NCBI RefSeq assembly: GCF_037042905.1
Contig: NC_087252.1
Coordinates: forward strand, 10,790,001-10,854,000
Source: Lytechinus pictus
Lineage: Eukaryota
DNA length: 64,000 nt
Direction: 5' to 3'
Made by a program: the position numbers and the translations under genes. Shown here in pieces: positions 1 to 12,500 of the stretch (position 1 is its first letter; each line of letters opens with the position of its first letter). The notes beneath the pieces are model-generated. The model was not told the origin of the DNA. It saw nothing but the letters and a program-made list of their open reading frames with translations, and ran no database searches.

Positions 1-1550
1 TTTTTTGCAGGTAGAAGAAAGCCTATTCTTTCACCTTTAAGTTGCTTCAAAAAAATTATTTGGCTTCATTATATAGCAGGAATGCTAATTTATCTGAACA
101 AGGGGTCAAAAATTGCGAATTATTCAATAAAGTGGGAAAATAGGCAAAAGGGGGGGATTTGGCAGCCTCTGTTGGGGGTGGGCATCTTTGTGCGAGCACG
201 TCTTCAAATGAAGCTGATGGAGAGAATCCTACCAATAAAAGCTACTTTCTGCAAAGCGGAAACGCCGTTGGTCTCAATTGGGGTTCCAAAATCGTGAAAA
301 TGGCGAATTTTCCTAGGAAAATACGAAATAGGGGTTTGGTGACTTCAGCTGCCCCCTGAGGTGGTAGGCTTCGATGTGGCAGCACTTCGTTGTAATGTAG
401 CAGATAGAGAAAATACTACTTTTTTGCATCCAAGTGGTTTTAAGACAATGAAAGTATTTTGCTGTTTAGGAGAAACATCTTTGTGCCTCAATGTGGGCTC
501 CAAATTCGCAGATTTTCTAATCAAAAGGTAAAATACGGAAAAGGGGTGGGTAATTTCGGGAGCCCCTGGCGGGGGTATGCTTCAGTGTGAGAGCGCGTCT
601 TCAAATGAAGCGGATGGAGAAAATCATACCTTTTTGTCTCCCACGAGTTACAAAACAATATAAATGACTTTCTGCAAAGCGGAAACGCCGTTGGTCTCAA
701 TTGGGGCTCCAAAATGGCGAATTTTCCTAGAAAAATGCGAAATAGGGGTTGGGTGATTTCAGCTGCCCCCTGAGGGGGTAGGCTCGATGTGGCGGTACTT
801 CGTTATAATGTAGCAGATAGAAAAATACAATTTTTTTTGCATCCAAGTGGTTTTAAGACAAGGAAAGTGTTTTGCTATTTAGGAGAAACATCTTTTTGCC
901 CCAATTTGGGCTCCAAATTCGCAGATTTTCTAATAAAAAATGTAAAATACAGAAAAGGGGTGAGTAATTTCAGGAGCCCCTGATGGGGGTAGGCTTTGCT
1001 GTACAAGCACCTCTTATTATGTAACTGATAGAAGAAAGGCAACTCTTTTGTCTCCATGTGGTTTTAAGAGAAGAAAATTGATTACTTTTTAGCAGCAACA
1101 CCCTTTAGCCTCAGTGGGGGCTCCAAAATTGCAGATTTTTCCATAAATTTGCAAAATACGGAAAAAAGGGGAGTGTTTTCGGCATCCCACTGACGGGGGT
1201 GGCTTCCATTTTCCAGTAATTCTTTATATGTAACATATAGAAGAAAGTCTACTCTTTTGTCTTCAAGTGGTTTAAACAATAAAAGTGGTTTCATTACATA
1301 GTAGAAACACTTTTCTCATCAATGTGGTTCCAAAATGACGAATTTTCCAAGAAATGGGCAAAATACGAAAAACGGGATGGGTGACCTGGGGCAGCCCCCT
1401 GAGAGGGTAGGCTGTGTAGTGCCCTCACTTCTTTAAATGTAGCCGATAGAGAAAAGCCTACTCTTTCGTCTCCAAGTGATTTCAAGAAAATAAAAGTTGT
1501 TTTTTTACCTAACCGAAGCATCATTTTTGCCACACTGAGGGCTCCAAAAG
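1..1550. repeat. Diverged tandem array, ~210-bp units arranged as ~415-420-bp dimers
   Basis: ttctgcaaagcggaaacgccgttggtctcaattgggg at ~247 and ~670; ggctccaaattcgcagattttctaat at ~496 and ~910; a gggtaggct-like motif about every 210 bp. Confidence 0.8.
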
Positions 1551-2466
1551 GCAAGATATTTTAGTAGTCAAGCTTCGGATAAGGGTGTGGTACCTTCGAC
1601 AGGCTCTTGCGGGACTATGTTTTGAGGTGTCCGAATGTAATTGCTTGCGACATGCAGGGCAATCCCTCCTCTAACTTTTCCAAGAGGGTTCATTAACATA
1701 AAAGTTGCTTAAATGTATAAAAGAAAACGCCTGTTGCCCTCATAGCCATAATGTAATAAACACTTTTCTATCGCGGCGCCCTTTACATGCACTAATGCGT
1801 GCTAGTCACACCAACAAAGGCGAGGCAAGACCGATTGAGTCTATTGTACTCTTTTGAAAGGCAAGCTATAGCGAGCGCATTGAAATCGGTATTACTAGTG
1901 TGACTAGTGACGGAGGTTGCTTTTTGGTGTCAATTTATTGCAATATCGGGGAATGCATATGGAGGTATTTTCCCTATATCTATAAGCAAGTTAAGACATT
2001 AATACTGTCATGAAGCATATCAATGTCCTCGTTAATATATTCTCTTTCGTGTTGAATGCTGATATTTTGCATTGATTGCTGATATTAATGAGAAAACAGA
2101 AAGATATCAATGCACATGCAAATTTTTGCCAAAAAACATGAAAATTTTGGCATAAATTCTTATATTTTTCAAAAAATATTAACCGGACTGTCCTAAAAAC
2201 ACTTGCAATCGATTTCTACTGTCTGAATCAATGTGAAATGCGTATTTATTTAATATTTTTCCATTGTTTGTGCAAAAATATGAAAATAATTGATTTTCAT
2301 GAAAAATTCAAGATGGCCGACAAAAATGGGGACCTGTGGGCCTTCCGTACAGGATTTGACCCGGCAGCAACACATTTTCTTGACCGCTGATATCATGCCA
2401 ACATCTTGGAACCATCAAACCTTTTGTACCCGATCAGCTGAATAAACTCTCCCAGCCCCCGGACTA
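1..2466. mobile_element. Right part of a large non-autonomous DNA transposon (terminus ...CTCCCAGCCCCCGGACTA); left end outside window; possibly Academ-like
   Basis: About 2338-2466 is highly similar to 23698-23827, and the identity stops exactly at 'ggacta' in both copies. The interior carries a tandem array. The superfamily guess rests only on TAG..CTA termini and the 3-bp TSD of the sister copy. Confidence 0.7.
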
Positions 2467-2766
2467 TTCCTATTTTCGTCCGTATCATCTCCATTACCTT
2501 CATCCATGGAGTCCAGTGATGTCATTATTGCGATTAATTCTTCCCTTGCCGCTTGACCAGAGGCTTGTGTCTGCAGCCATTTTACTAGGATGTCATAGAA
2601 GGCATGTTGTCTGTCTCCCAATCTTTTGTACTCTATTGCATCCAAATGTGGGATCGTGAAACCGAGAGCTACCCCTAAATCATAAAACTGATCAACCGTC
2701 ATCTTTTCAGCAATGTTCAAGATATCAACTTCCCGGGGGCCACCTTTTACAACTTCTTGGACCACT
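2415..2766 (-). CDS. Gene 1 exon 10 (death domain; last ~16 codons and stop supplied by the transposon end)
   Basis: ILNIAEKMTVDQFYDLGVALGFTIPHLDAIEYK...AFYDILVKWLQ fits the death-fold pattern (LGxxLG, I..IE, ML..W); ctttcag| acceptor, phase 2. Confidence 0.85.
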
Positions 2767-5700
2767 CTGAAAGAAGATCATAAAGGTACTAAAGGGCAGT
2801 AATCAAAGTTAGACGATTATGTCCGCTAACTAAGTACAATTAAACTGGTCCCCAAGTTGACCAAAAGGTAATGCACGAATGTAAAAACGTGAGCTTACAT
2901 GGAAAAGGATTTCGGATTGAATACCATGGACAAATACTGCCGCCATCAACATATTCTCCCCGTTTATATAAATCCTTACAATAACTATCACATTTCCCCT
3001 GAAGTTTAAAATAGTACAGATTGTCATTTAAGACCCCATGTTATTTTTTTTTCGTAAGTTTTATTGTTGGTATTATCACTTGACCGTTCACTACATGACT
3101 ACCGCAACGTGGTTGATCCCGTACAAAGCCGATCAGAATGAATTTACTCAGTAGTCAATGAGTTAATACTATAAACGTGCATCTTACCTTGTAAAGGCAG
3201 TGGGTTCCAAATTTTGTTCTTCTGTGACAGAAAAAAGGATAACAACATTGTTTTAAAATCACTCTTATTGATATCACGGGGTTGGTAAACCAACCACTAC
3301 CTCAAAGACATGAATAATTATGTCGACCTAAATGAGTTGTAAAAATATAAATATCCATGAATAAAACTTAATATATTGTTTGTTGAGCACATGCGCTTTA
3401 AATTGCAGCTAGTCTGATAATAGTCCCCTCTGTAAATCAAAAGGACTCTACCATGAACATACATACCAGAACATCTAATGACAAAATTGAGAGCTACGGA
3501 AACATCGACCCGTTTCCCCGTCTGTCTAAGGTTGACTGTCACTGGGGGATCCGTGTCATCTTCATGCGAAGGTATGGAGAGAACAATTCGGTGTTGCATT
3601 CTACTTTGAACGTCTTTGAGTAGGAGTACCTGTCGTCAACAACGCAAAGAGGGGAAAAAAGGTGAAAATTTTTAATGGCAAAATGGTAACGTCATTTCAA
3701 TGTGATCATAAACTAATGTAAAACAAACAAATCAATTACCTTCTTGTCCACTTGATCATCACCTTGATAACATGCTACATTGACATTCCCAGACTTGGAG
3801 GCAATTCTGATGGGAATAGAGGGATGAGCCTTGTGGTAAGATTGCTTTTTTTCCTCCTTTTGTATTTCCTGTTGAACCAAAATTAAATAGGATGTCAGAA
3901 ATTAGATGGAATATAATCGTAATGCTACATTTAAAAGTTTACCAGCATCTCAAGATGAGGGGGAAATTCAGACTCTCTTGCTCAATATGCATACTAAAAA
4001 ATGATAACATATAAAGCTTAAGGAATGTGACAACAAATCAACATAGCAACAAAAACTGAAAATGAATAGTCGTAGACAGATAAAACGTGGCTAGATTTAC
4101 TGTCCGTTCATCTATCCCCGGCCGATACTTGATACGTACATTTTAATCAACAATAATTACTGTACACGGGATTATTCAGTATTCGACGGTTTTCCGAGGT
4201 TTCTCTTGTTCCAGTCACACTAACTACTTCTAATACTAAGATTACTTCTACTACTTAATATCCGAGATTTATCAGAACGATTCCATATCCTTAAATTGAC
4301 TCTGTTTTAATGAACTGTCATCATCATTGTCATGCTTTGATACGTACCACATCCATTCCAGGAATGTTGGCATGTAGTCGAAGGTGGACTTTAATCTCCC
4401 TTTGTTCTCTTATTCTATCTGGAATATACGGCGTGCACAAAAGTTGGTGTGTAACCACATTTTGCTCAAGAGGAATTAGAACCCACCAGTTTGCAGAGTG
4501 TAAGATGTACAGCTCAAGATGGCTTTTGCAGACCCTGCAATGTGGTGGTTTGTCGGGAGAGTTGGATGATCTCCTTCGTGAGGTTTTCGGTAGATCTAGG
4601 TATGATAATAGATGATGGCTTTAAGAGGAAGGAACAGAGCCGGGGATGCTTGCTTCTGAATTGGTAATGTTTTTAGAGGAGTTGGTACGCAAAGGCAACA
4701 ATCAACCACAAACCATTAAGAGGGGAGGGGGTGGAGAAAAAGTTATTAGAATTTGGCGTGACATCTTTGGAGGAAGATTTTAAGACAGGCGTTTTCGTCT
4801 TTCACCCGTATTATCAAACTCGAAAGCAGACATAAGATTGAAGACTATTTAAGATTAGAACATACATGTAATTATCAATAGCTCAACCAATGTCTTGCCT
4901 AAATGTTCCCTGGGTTATTTACTGAAGCCAAAAGACGGAAATTTAACCTTTACATCATCCAATATGCTTACCATTAACTGGATCCCATTCATATGACACG
5001 ATATCTGGCTTTACTTCATCTGGGTTGGTGACCAGTGCAGCATGTGGTATCCAGATCTTAGCAGGTTTCAGGAATATCATGTTTGGAGGATCACATCTGA
5101 CCCCATAGCAGGCTACTGATTCATCATCCTGGATGTCAACACAAGGAGGGTCCCGTAGAAGGGTTAGGGTGACCTCTCTTGATTCTCCCTGAAGTATAGC
5201 CTCGGGTGGAACGAACATTGATATGCCATGGTCATCAAGTGAAATCTTCTGAGATCTATCTTCTTCGACTTTGACGCAGCTTACAGAAGGTCCCGGTTGT
5301 TTTTCTGTTTTGTTAATAACCATTAAGTCGAAAATATCATTTTGATAAAAATAATTTTGATAATTCAGTCAGGCAATAATAATAGTTTGTTGCTCGTAAC
5401 TCTAATGTAACATTTAAAATTAAATTTGCCACGCCCAAGTAAGAAAAAGTGATTTTCAAGCCTTCACGGTATTTTTTCCAGGTGCATGATGGATCCCAAA
5501 TCTTCATAAACTTTTCATCATGTTATACGAATCCATTTCGAATTCTTTATCGAGCTTAAAGTCATTAATGTATCATTATTATTTTTCTACTTATTAAACA
5601 TTGACAAACTCTTTATTAATTACGACAAGTAAAGTGCTGTCGTGGTTTACATGGAAATATAGCAGTAAAAAACAAAAAAAAAAAGTATTAAAAAAACACC

Positions 5701-6474
5701 AAAAGTCATAAAATAGAGACATCAGAATAATTATTGCAACCTATCTATCTTAACTAATTAATAAAAATTAACTTTGATAATATTGGATCAATCCCCTATT
5801 CAATTTGTGAAGTAATTTTGTGCGTTACGCACATGCAAGACAGACAGCCGGAATGTGATCGTCATCTATAAACTACCTTAACTAATGAAAAAAAAAAATG
5901 GATCAATAAACTAGAATTTGTAAAGTAACGTCCATGAATGCCGTTTTTCTGTCCGGAATCTTTGCTGACTTTATCATCACCCCCTCCTATTTAGTTAGGC
6001 GTCAAAGTTATGAAATTCTCAAGCATTTAGGATTAATAATGTTACAGTGATGATTGTGATCATAACATTATTGACTAATGAAAATTCTTTATGGGGTTAC
6101 AGTAGGCAATTAGACCTAGTTCACAGTTTTGTAGAAACGTGAAACATATTAATGTGCAGGAGTTCCTACCTCGGTAAGACTTGATGTCTTCAAGGGAATT
6201 CAACCTGAAAAAAAATCATTTGCCATATTATTGTCAAAAATCATTATTTTGTTTTATTACAAAGTTCTTTTTGAAAATTGTTCATAGTTATCAAATGCTT
6301 TGTTCATTTCGAGCTTATATTTTTTAACTAAAAAATATGCCAACGGTCATTATTTTGATAGAAGGAGTGCTGTTAATCATTTTGAATTTTATTTTGTCGT
6401 TTCTAGAAATTACATTGGATAATATTTTAGAATTGAAAACAAAACTTTATTCTCTATTTTAGCAAAGAATTAAA

Positions 6475-6510
<36 letters not shown>

Positions 6511-9500
6511 TTTTTTTTTTTTTTTTTTTGGGGGGGGGAAGAAAGTATAATCACATGGGATTTGATGTAAAATGGTGTCGAAATATGCCTACTTTGAGTC
6601 TTTAATGTTCTTCTCCATAATTGTTCTTCATTTATATCCTTAATGTAAATCATGTATATACCGAATTGTAAATACTGAATAGATAAGGTGACTCAAATAA
6701 GGATTAAAGAAAAAATACCTTGTCAATATCATCTGTTTGACCACTTCATCCTTGGCATAATGGATTGGTAGCTTGCCTGACTTATCTTCCACATCTATCT
6801 TGGCTCCATTTTCAAGAAGATAGAACACTAAGGCTTTCCCGGGAGAAAGTTCTCCACCGTAAAACTCAGCAGAAATCTGCAACTTTCAAGAAACATGTCT
6901 CTAGCTGAAAACTATTAAGAGTGCCCAAGTTACAATGTTGATATCCATGTACAAACACTAGAGCTTGTGCAAATTGCCCTGATATGATGTTTTCCAGTAA
7001 GAAACGCTTGAGAATGCAACAAAGAGCTGCTCAAAATGTCATAGGTAACTTTAATTATGAGACTAGCAATGGCACCACCTACTGAAGAATTTATCTTGGC
7101 CAAGTATTGAACAAAGGCGTGATTATTTTCTAGCCACCCTAATGTCATCACGTCTGTGTAATGAAATTGAAATGGTATTCATCTCACGAATTTGATACTA
7201 GAATGCCGGCTCCCTCAAAGTAGTTATACCAAAATGTGACAGAATTGTTTTAACAAACGATCAAATATGCCGGTGCGAAAGTCTGGAATGAACTTCCCAA
7301 TAATTAGCAAAACTCTAATTCCGGAAACAGCTTCAATTCGAAAAAAAAAACATTGTTCCTAAATGCTTAAGCGACCTCCCCCTAATGAATTTAACATAAC
7401 CGTTCTTTTGTTTACTTATGTATTTTCCATATCCTCGTGTTAACATTTCTTTCTTTTGAACTGATTGTATTGTTCGATTGCTTCGATTTCTTTATTTTAT
7501 TTACGCTTCATTATCTATCTAAGATAAGATACAGTCTTGATTTACACGTTTATGTCACATATATGTATTTATTTTTTTACGAGAAAATATTATGAGTACA
7601 TTAATGTTTTATACAGGACCAACATGAGCTTGATATGTTGTTCTCATATATTTGAATACATACAAATATAGTTTGTAAAGTTTTCAAATATATGAAAGGT
7701 GCAAAATAATCTGAGAATAGCTCTCATATGCAGGATGAATTATCTTTGTTATATAACTGCCTTGTTAAACTGTAGAGTACTATGAACTCCCTGAAGATCC
7801 TCTTCAAACAAACATAACGTTATCATTTGTTCAGCAGCGTCAGTGAGATAATGTTTATTGAAACTTTCAGTACTAATTATCTTGCACATGGGCTAATTTA
7901 ACGGCTAAAAATGTTCAGTGTTACTCACGTTCCTAAGTATGTCACTATATTGTACACTTCTCTCTGTCCTGTAGCAAAGTTTGATTGCTTCATGAAGACA
8001 CGTCTGACCGTCTGCTGACTGGACATTAAGATCTGCTCCATGAGTGACTAGATACTCAACATCAGAAGTATGACCGTCTTGTATCGCATGATGAAAATAA
8101 CTCCGAGTGACCTGGGAATAGAGAATGTTTTAAAATATCATATTACCATAATGAGAAACGGTAACGTGTTTTTAATCATTTGGGGGGAAACGCCTATATA
8201 CCTTTACATTATTGCATCAAGTCCACCCAAGAAAAATGCTGATTTGAATTAATAGACAGAATATCAAACAAACATACATTTAATACTGAAAAGTTCTTCA
8301 AAGTCGGATGTAAATAAGAATGATTGTTACATTTAAAATTTTCGCCTTTTTCATTTTTTTTGTACCAAATAAGTTATGCCCAACTCAATAATAAATATAA
8401 ACAAAAAAAAAACAATGGCATCCCTCATTTTGATATTCATTGATTTAATAATACAATATTCAATTTTTCTTTAAAGATTTGACAATAAGGACAAAAATTT
8501 ACTAAACAACAGACTACTAAATGGTTAATTTAACATGTTCAGGGAGCTTTTTTTCATATGACAATGAGGAGAAAATAAAAATATTACATATATTTCATCA
8601 TACCAAAGATACGATAAGGGGAAGATCAGACACTTCGGCGAATTTTCAAAACGCTCGAGTGATGCTCATGGGGAAGGGCGCCCGATAGCGTTGAGTAGGT
8701 AAATATTTCGCACATCGGCACGCTGCTGTGTATGAAACATATGGGGAAAATGAGAGAACGGATTTTGGAGAAGGCACAAGGGCAACGCATATGGACAATT
8801 TCACCTATTATAACATTCATCTCTAATTCAAGATATAAAAAAATTGAAGGAAAAAAAATCCTGAAATGTAAATATCGTCTATTACTTCACCGCTTCACCA
8901 TTTCTGTCATATGTTTTTCACACAACCATATCGCTATACGGAAAGGTAAAAAATAGTCGTTACTTACTCAACGCTGTATGGCACTCTTTCCGAGTGTTTC
9001 ATTGCGCGCTTTTTGTACGGTCTGATCGTTCCCTTGTAATATATTTCAACATAATAAATTGAAATAGTGACTGGGTGATGTTTCAGTTCCCTCATATGCA
9101 TACCGACCAAGATGTAAATAAATTATGCGAATCTTTTAAATGCCATAACTTATTTTAATTTATATTACATTTTGATGAAATTCCAAGTGTTATGCTTGTT
9201 TGATTAAACCTTTTATTAAAAAAAAATAAAAAATTGTGGTAGACTTGGACGAGAAAATTGTACTGAAGCACATATTTTGTACTTGAAGTTTTGTTTGAAC
9301 TTTCATTTGATGGTTGATGTATTGTGTTTAAATCCTAGAGTAGAAGGTTGGAGTAAGTTGGATTAATTCTTGTAATTAGAAAATTCCAAATTGATATTAA
9401 ACTGAATAGCAGTACATAAAAGCAGAGGAAGTGTTATTACAATAAAGATCTCACCTCGGACGTGGAACCTGTGACTAGACTCTGTTGGAACCCAGGCAGC

Positions 9501-12500
9501 AAAGTGGGCTCAAGAAGAATCGTTCCGTGGATGTCGTCTAACTCAGGACGTGCTCTTGGTGCCTGGAGATCAGGAACGATATCACGGCGATCATCCTGAA
9601 CGGTAGAGAGTACTGTATCACCGCCATAAGCCATTCCATTGTCTGTTTTCGCTCCTCGAATTATCAAATATTCCATAACTTCAACATGACTATTCTGGAC
9701 AGTAAATAGCAATGCAGTCTGACCATCATTATCTTCTCTGTTCACGTCAGCTCCTCGACTAATGAGATATTTGGAAACATCAAGATGACCATTCTGAGCT
9801 GCAAGGTGTAATGCAGCCAAATCAGTATTATCCCCTCTATTCACATCAGCTCCTTGACTGACGAGATATTTGGCTACATCAAGATGACCATTCTCAGCCG
9901 CACTGTGTAATGCAGTCCCACCAGTTATATTCTGTGTATTTACTTCAGCTCCGAGATGGATGAGATATTTGGCGACAGCAAGATGACCATTCTCAGCTGC
10001 ACTGTGTAATGCAGTCAAACCATCTTTATTCTCTCTATTCACTTCAGCTCCTTGACTGATGAGATGTTTGGTGACATCAAGATGCCCATTCTCAGCTGCA
10101 CTGTGTAATGCAGTCAAGCCATCATTCTCTTCTCTATTCACTTCAGCTCCTTGACTGATGAGATATATGCTGACATCAAGGTGACCATTACGTGCTGCCA
10201 TGTGTAATGCAGTCCAACCAGTATCATTGCCTTTATTTACTTCAGCTCCTTGACTGATGAGATACTTGGTGACATTGAGATGACCATTATGAGCTGCAAT
10301 CTGTAATGCAGTCCAACCATCTTTTTCCTCTCTATTCACATCTGCTCCTTGACTGATGAGATATATGCTTACATCAAGGTGACCATTATGTACCGCACTG
10401 TGTAATGCAGTCAAACCATCATTCCCTCCTCTATTCACGTCAGCTCCTTGACTGATTAGATACTTGGTGACCTCAAGATGCCCATTCTCAGCTGCACTGT
10501 GTAATGCAGTCAAACCATCTTTATTCCCTCTATTCACTTCAGCTCCTTGACTGATGAGATGCTTGGTGACATCAAGATGCCCATTCTCAGCTGCAATGTG
10601 TAATGTAGTCAAACCATCATTCTCTCCTCTCCTCACTTTAGCTCCTTGACTGATGAGATATTCGGAGACATGAAGATGACCACTCTCAACTGCACTGTGT
10701 AATGCAGTCCAACCAGTATCATTGCCTCTATTTACTTCAGCTCCTTGACTGACGAGATATTTGGTGACATCAATATGACCATTATGAGCTCCAATCTGTA
10801 ATGCAGTCAAGCCATCATTGTCTTCTCTATTCACTTCAGCTCCTTGACTGATGAGATATATGCTGACATCAAGGTGACCATTACGTGCTGCCATGTGTAA
10901 TGCAGTCCAACCAGTATCATTGCCTTTATTTACTTCAGCTCCTTGACTGATGAGATACTTGGTGACATTAAGATGACCATTATGAGCTGCAATCTGTAAT
11001 GCAGTCCAACCATCTTTTGCCTCTCTATTCACATCCGCTCCTTGACTGATGAGATATATGCTTACATCAAGGTGACCATTATGTACTGCACTGTGTAATG
11101 CAGTCAAACCATCATTCCCTCCTCTATTCACGTCAGCTCCTTGACTGATTAGATACTTGGTGACCTCAAGATGCCCATTCTCAGCTGCACTGTGTAATGC
11201 AGTCAAACCATCTTTATTCCCTCTATTCACTTCAGCTCCTTGACTGATGAGATGCTTGGTGACATCAAGATGCCCATTCTCAGCTGCAATGTGTAATGTA
11301 GTCAAACCATCATTCTCTCCTCTCCTCACTTTAGCTCCTTGACTGATGAGATATTCGGAGACATGAAGATGACCACTCTCAACTGCACTGTGTAATGCAG
11401 TCCAACCAGTATCATTGCCTCTATTCACATCAGCTCCTTGACTGACGAGATACTTGGTGATTTCAAGATGACCATTACATGCTGCAATGTACAATGCAGT
11501 CAAACCAGTATCATTGCCTTTATTCACTTCAGCTCCTAGATAAATGAGATATTGGATGACGTCAAGGTGACCATTCTTTGATGCAATATGTAAAGCAGTC
11601 AAACCGGTATCATTCCCTCTATTCACCTCAGCTGCTGGACCGATGAGATATTGAATGATATCAGGATGACCATTCTTTGCTGCAATGTGTAGTGCAGTCA
11701 CACCAGTATCATTACCTCTATTCACGTCAGCTCCTTGACTAATGATATGTATGGTGACATCAACATGACCATACTCGACTGCACTGTGTAAGGCGGTCGA
11801 GCCATCATTATCTCTTTTATTGACATCGGCTCCTTGAGTGATAAGATATTTGGTAACATCAAAATGACCATTCTCAGCTGCAATGTGTAATGCAGTCAAA
11901 CCAGTATTATTCCCTCTATTCACTTCAGCTCCTTGGCTGATGAGATATTTGGAGACATCAAGATGGTCATTCTGAGCCGCACTGTGTAATGCAGTCCCAC
12001 CAGTTATATTCTGTGTATCCACTTCAGCTCCTATACTGATGAGATGCTTGGTGACATCAAGATGACCATTCTGAGCAGCAATCTGTAATGCAGTCCAACC
12101 ATCTTTTTCCCCTCTATTCACATCAGCTCCTTGACTGATGAGATGTTTGGTGACATCAAGATGACCATTCTGAACTGCAATGTGTAATGCGGTCCTACCA
12201 GTCTCATTCTCTTTTTTTACCTCAGCTCCTTGACTGATGAGATGTTTAGTCACATCCAGATGGTTATTCTGAGCTGCAATGTGCAATGCAGTCCATTTAG
12301 TATTATCCCCTCTCTCCACTTCAGCTCCTTGACTGATGAGATGTTTGGTGACATCCAAATGACCATTCTTAACTGCTTTGTGTAATGCAGTCCAACCATC
12401 TATCCCCCCTCTATTCACATCAGCTCCTTGACTGATGAGAAGCTTGGTGACATCAAGATGACCATTCTGAGCAGCAATCTGTAATGCAGTCCAACCATCT

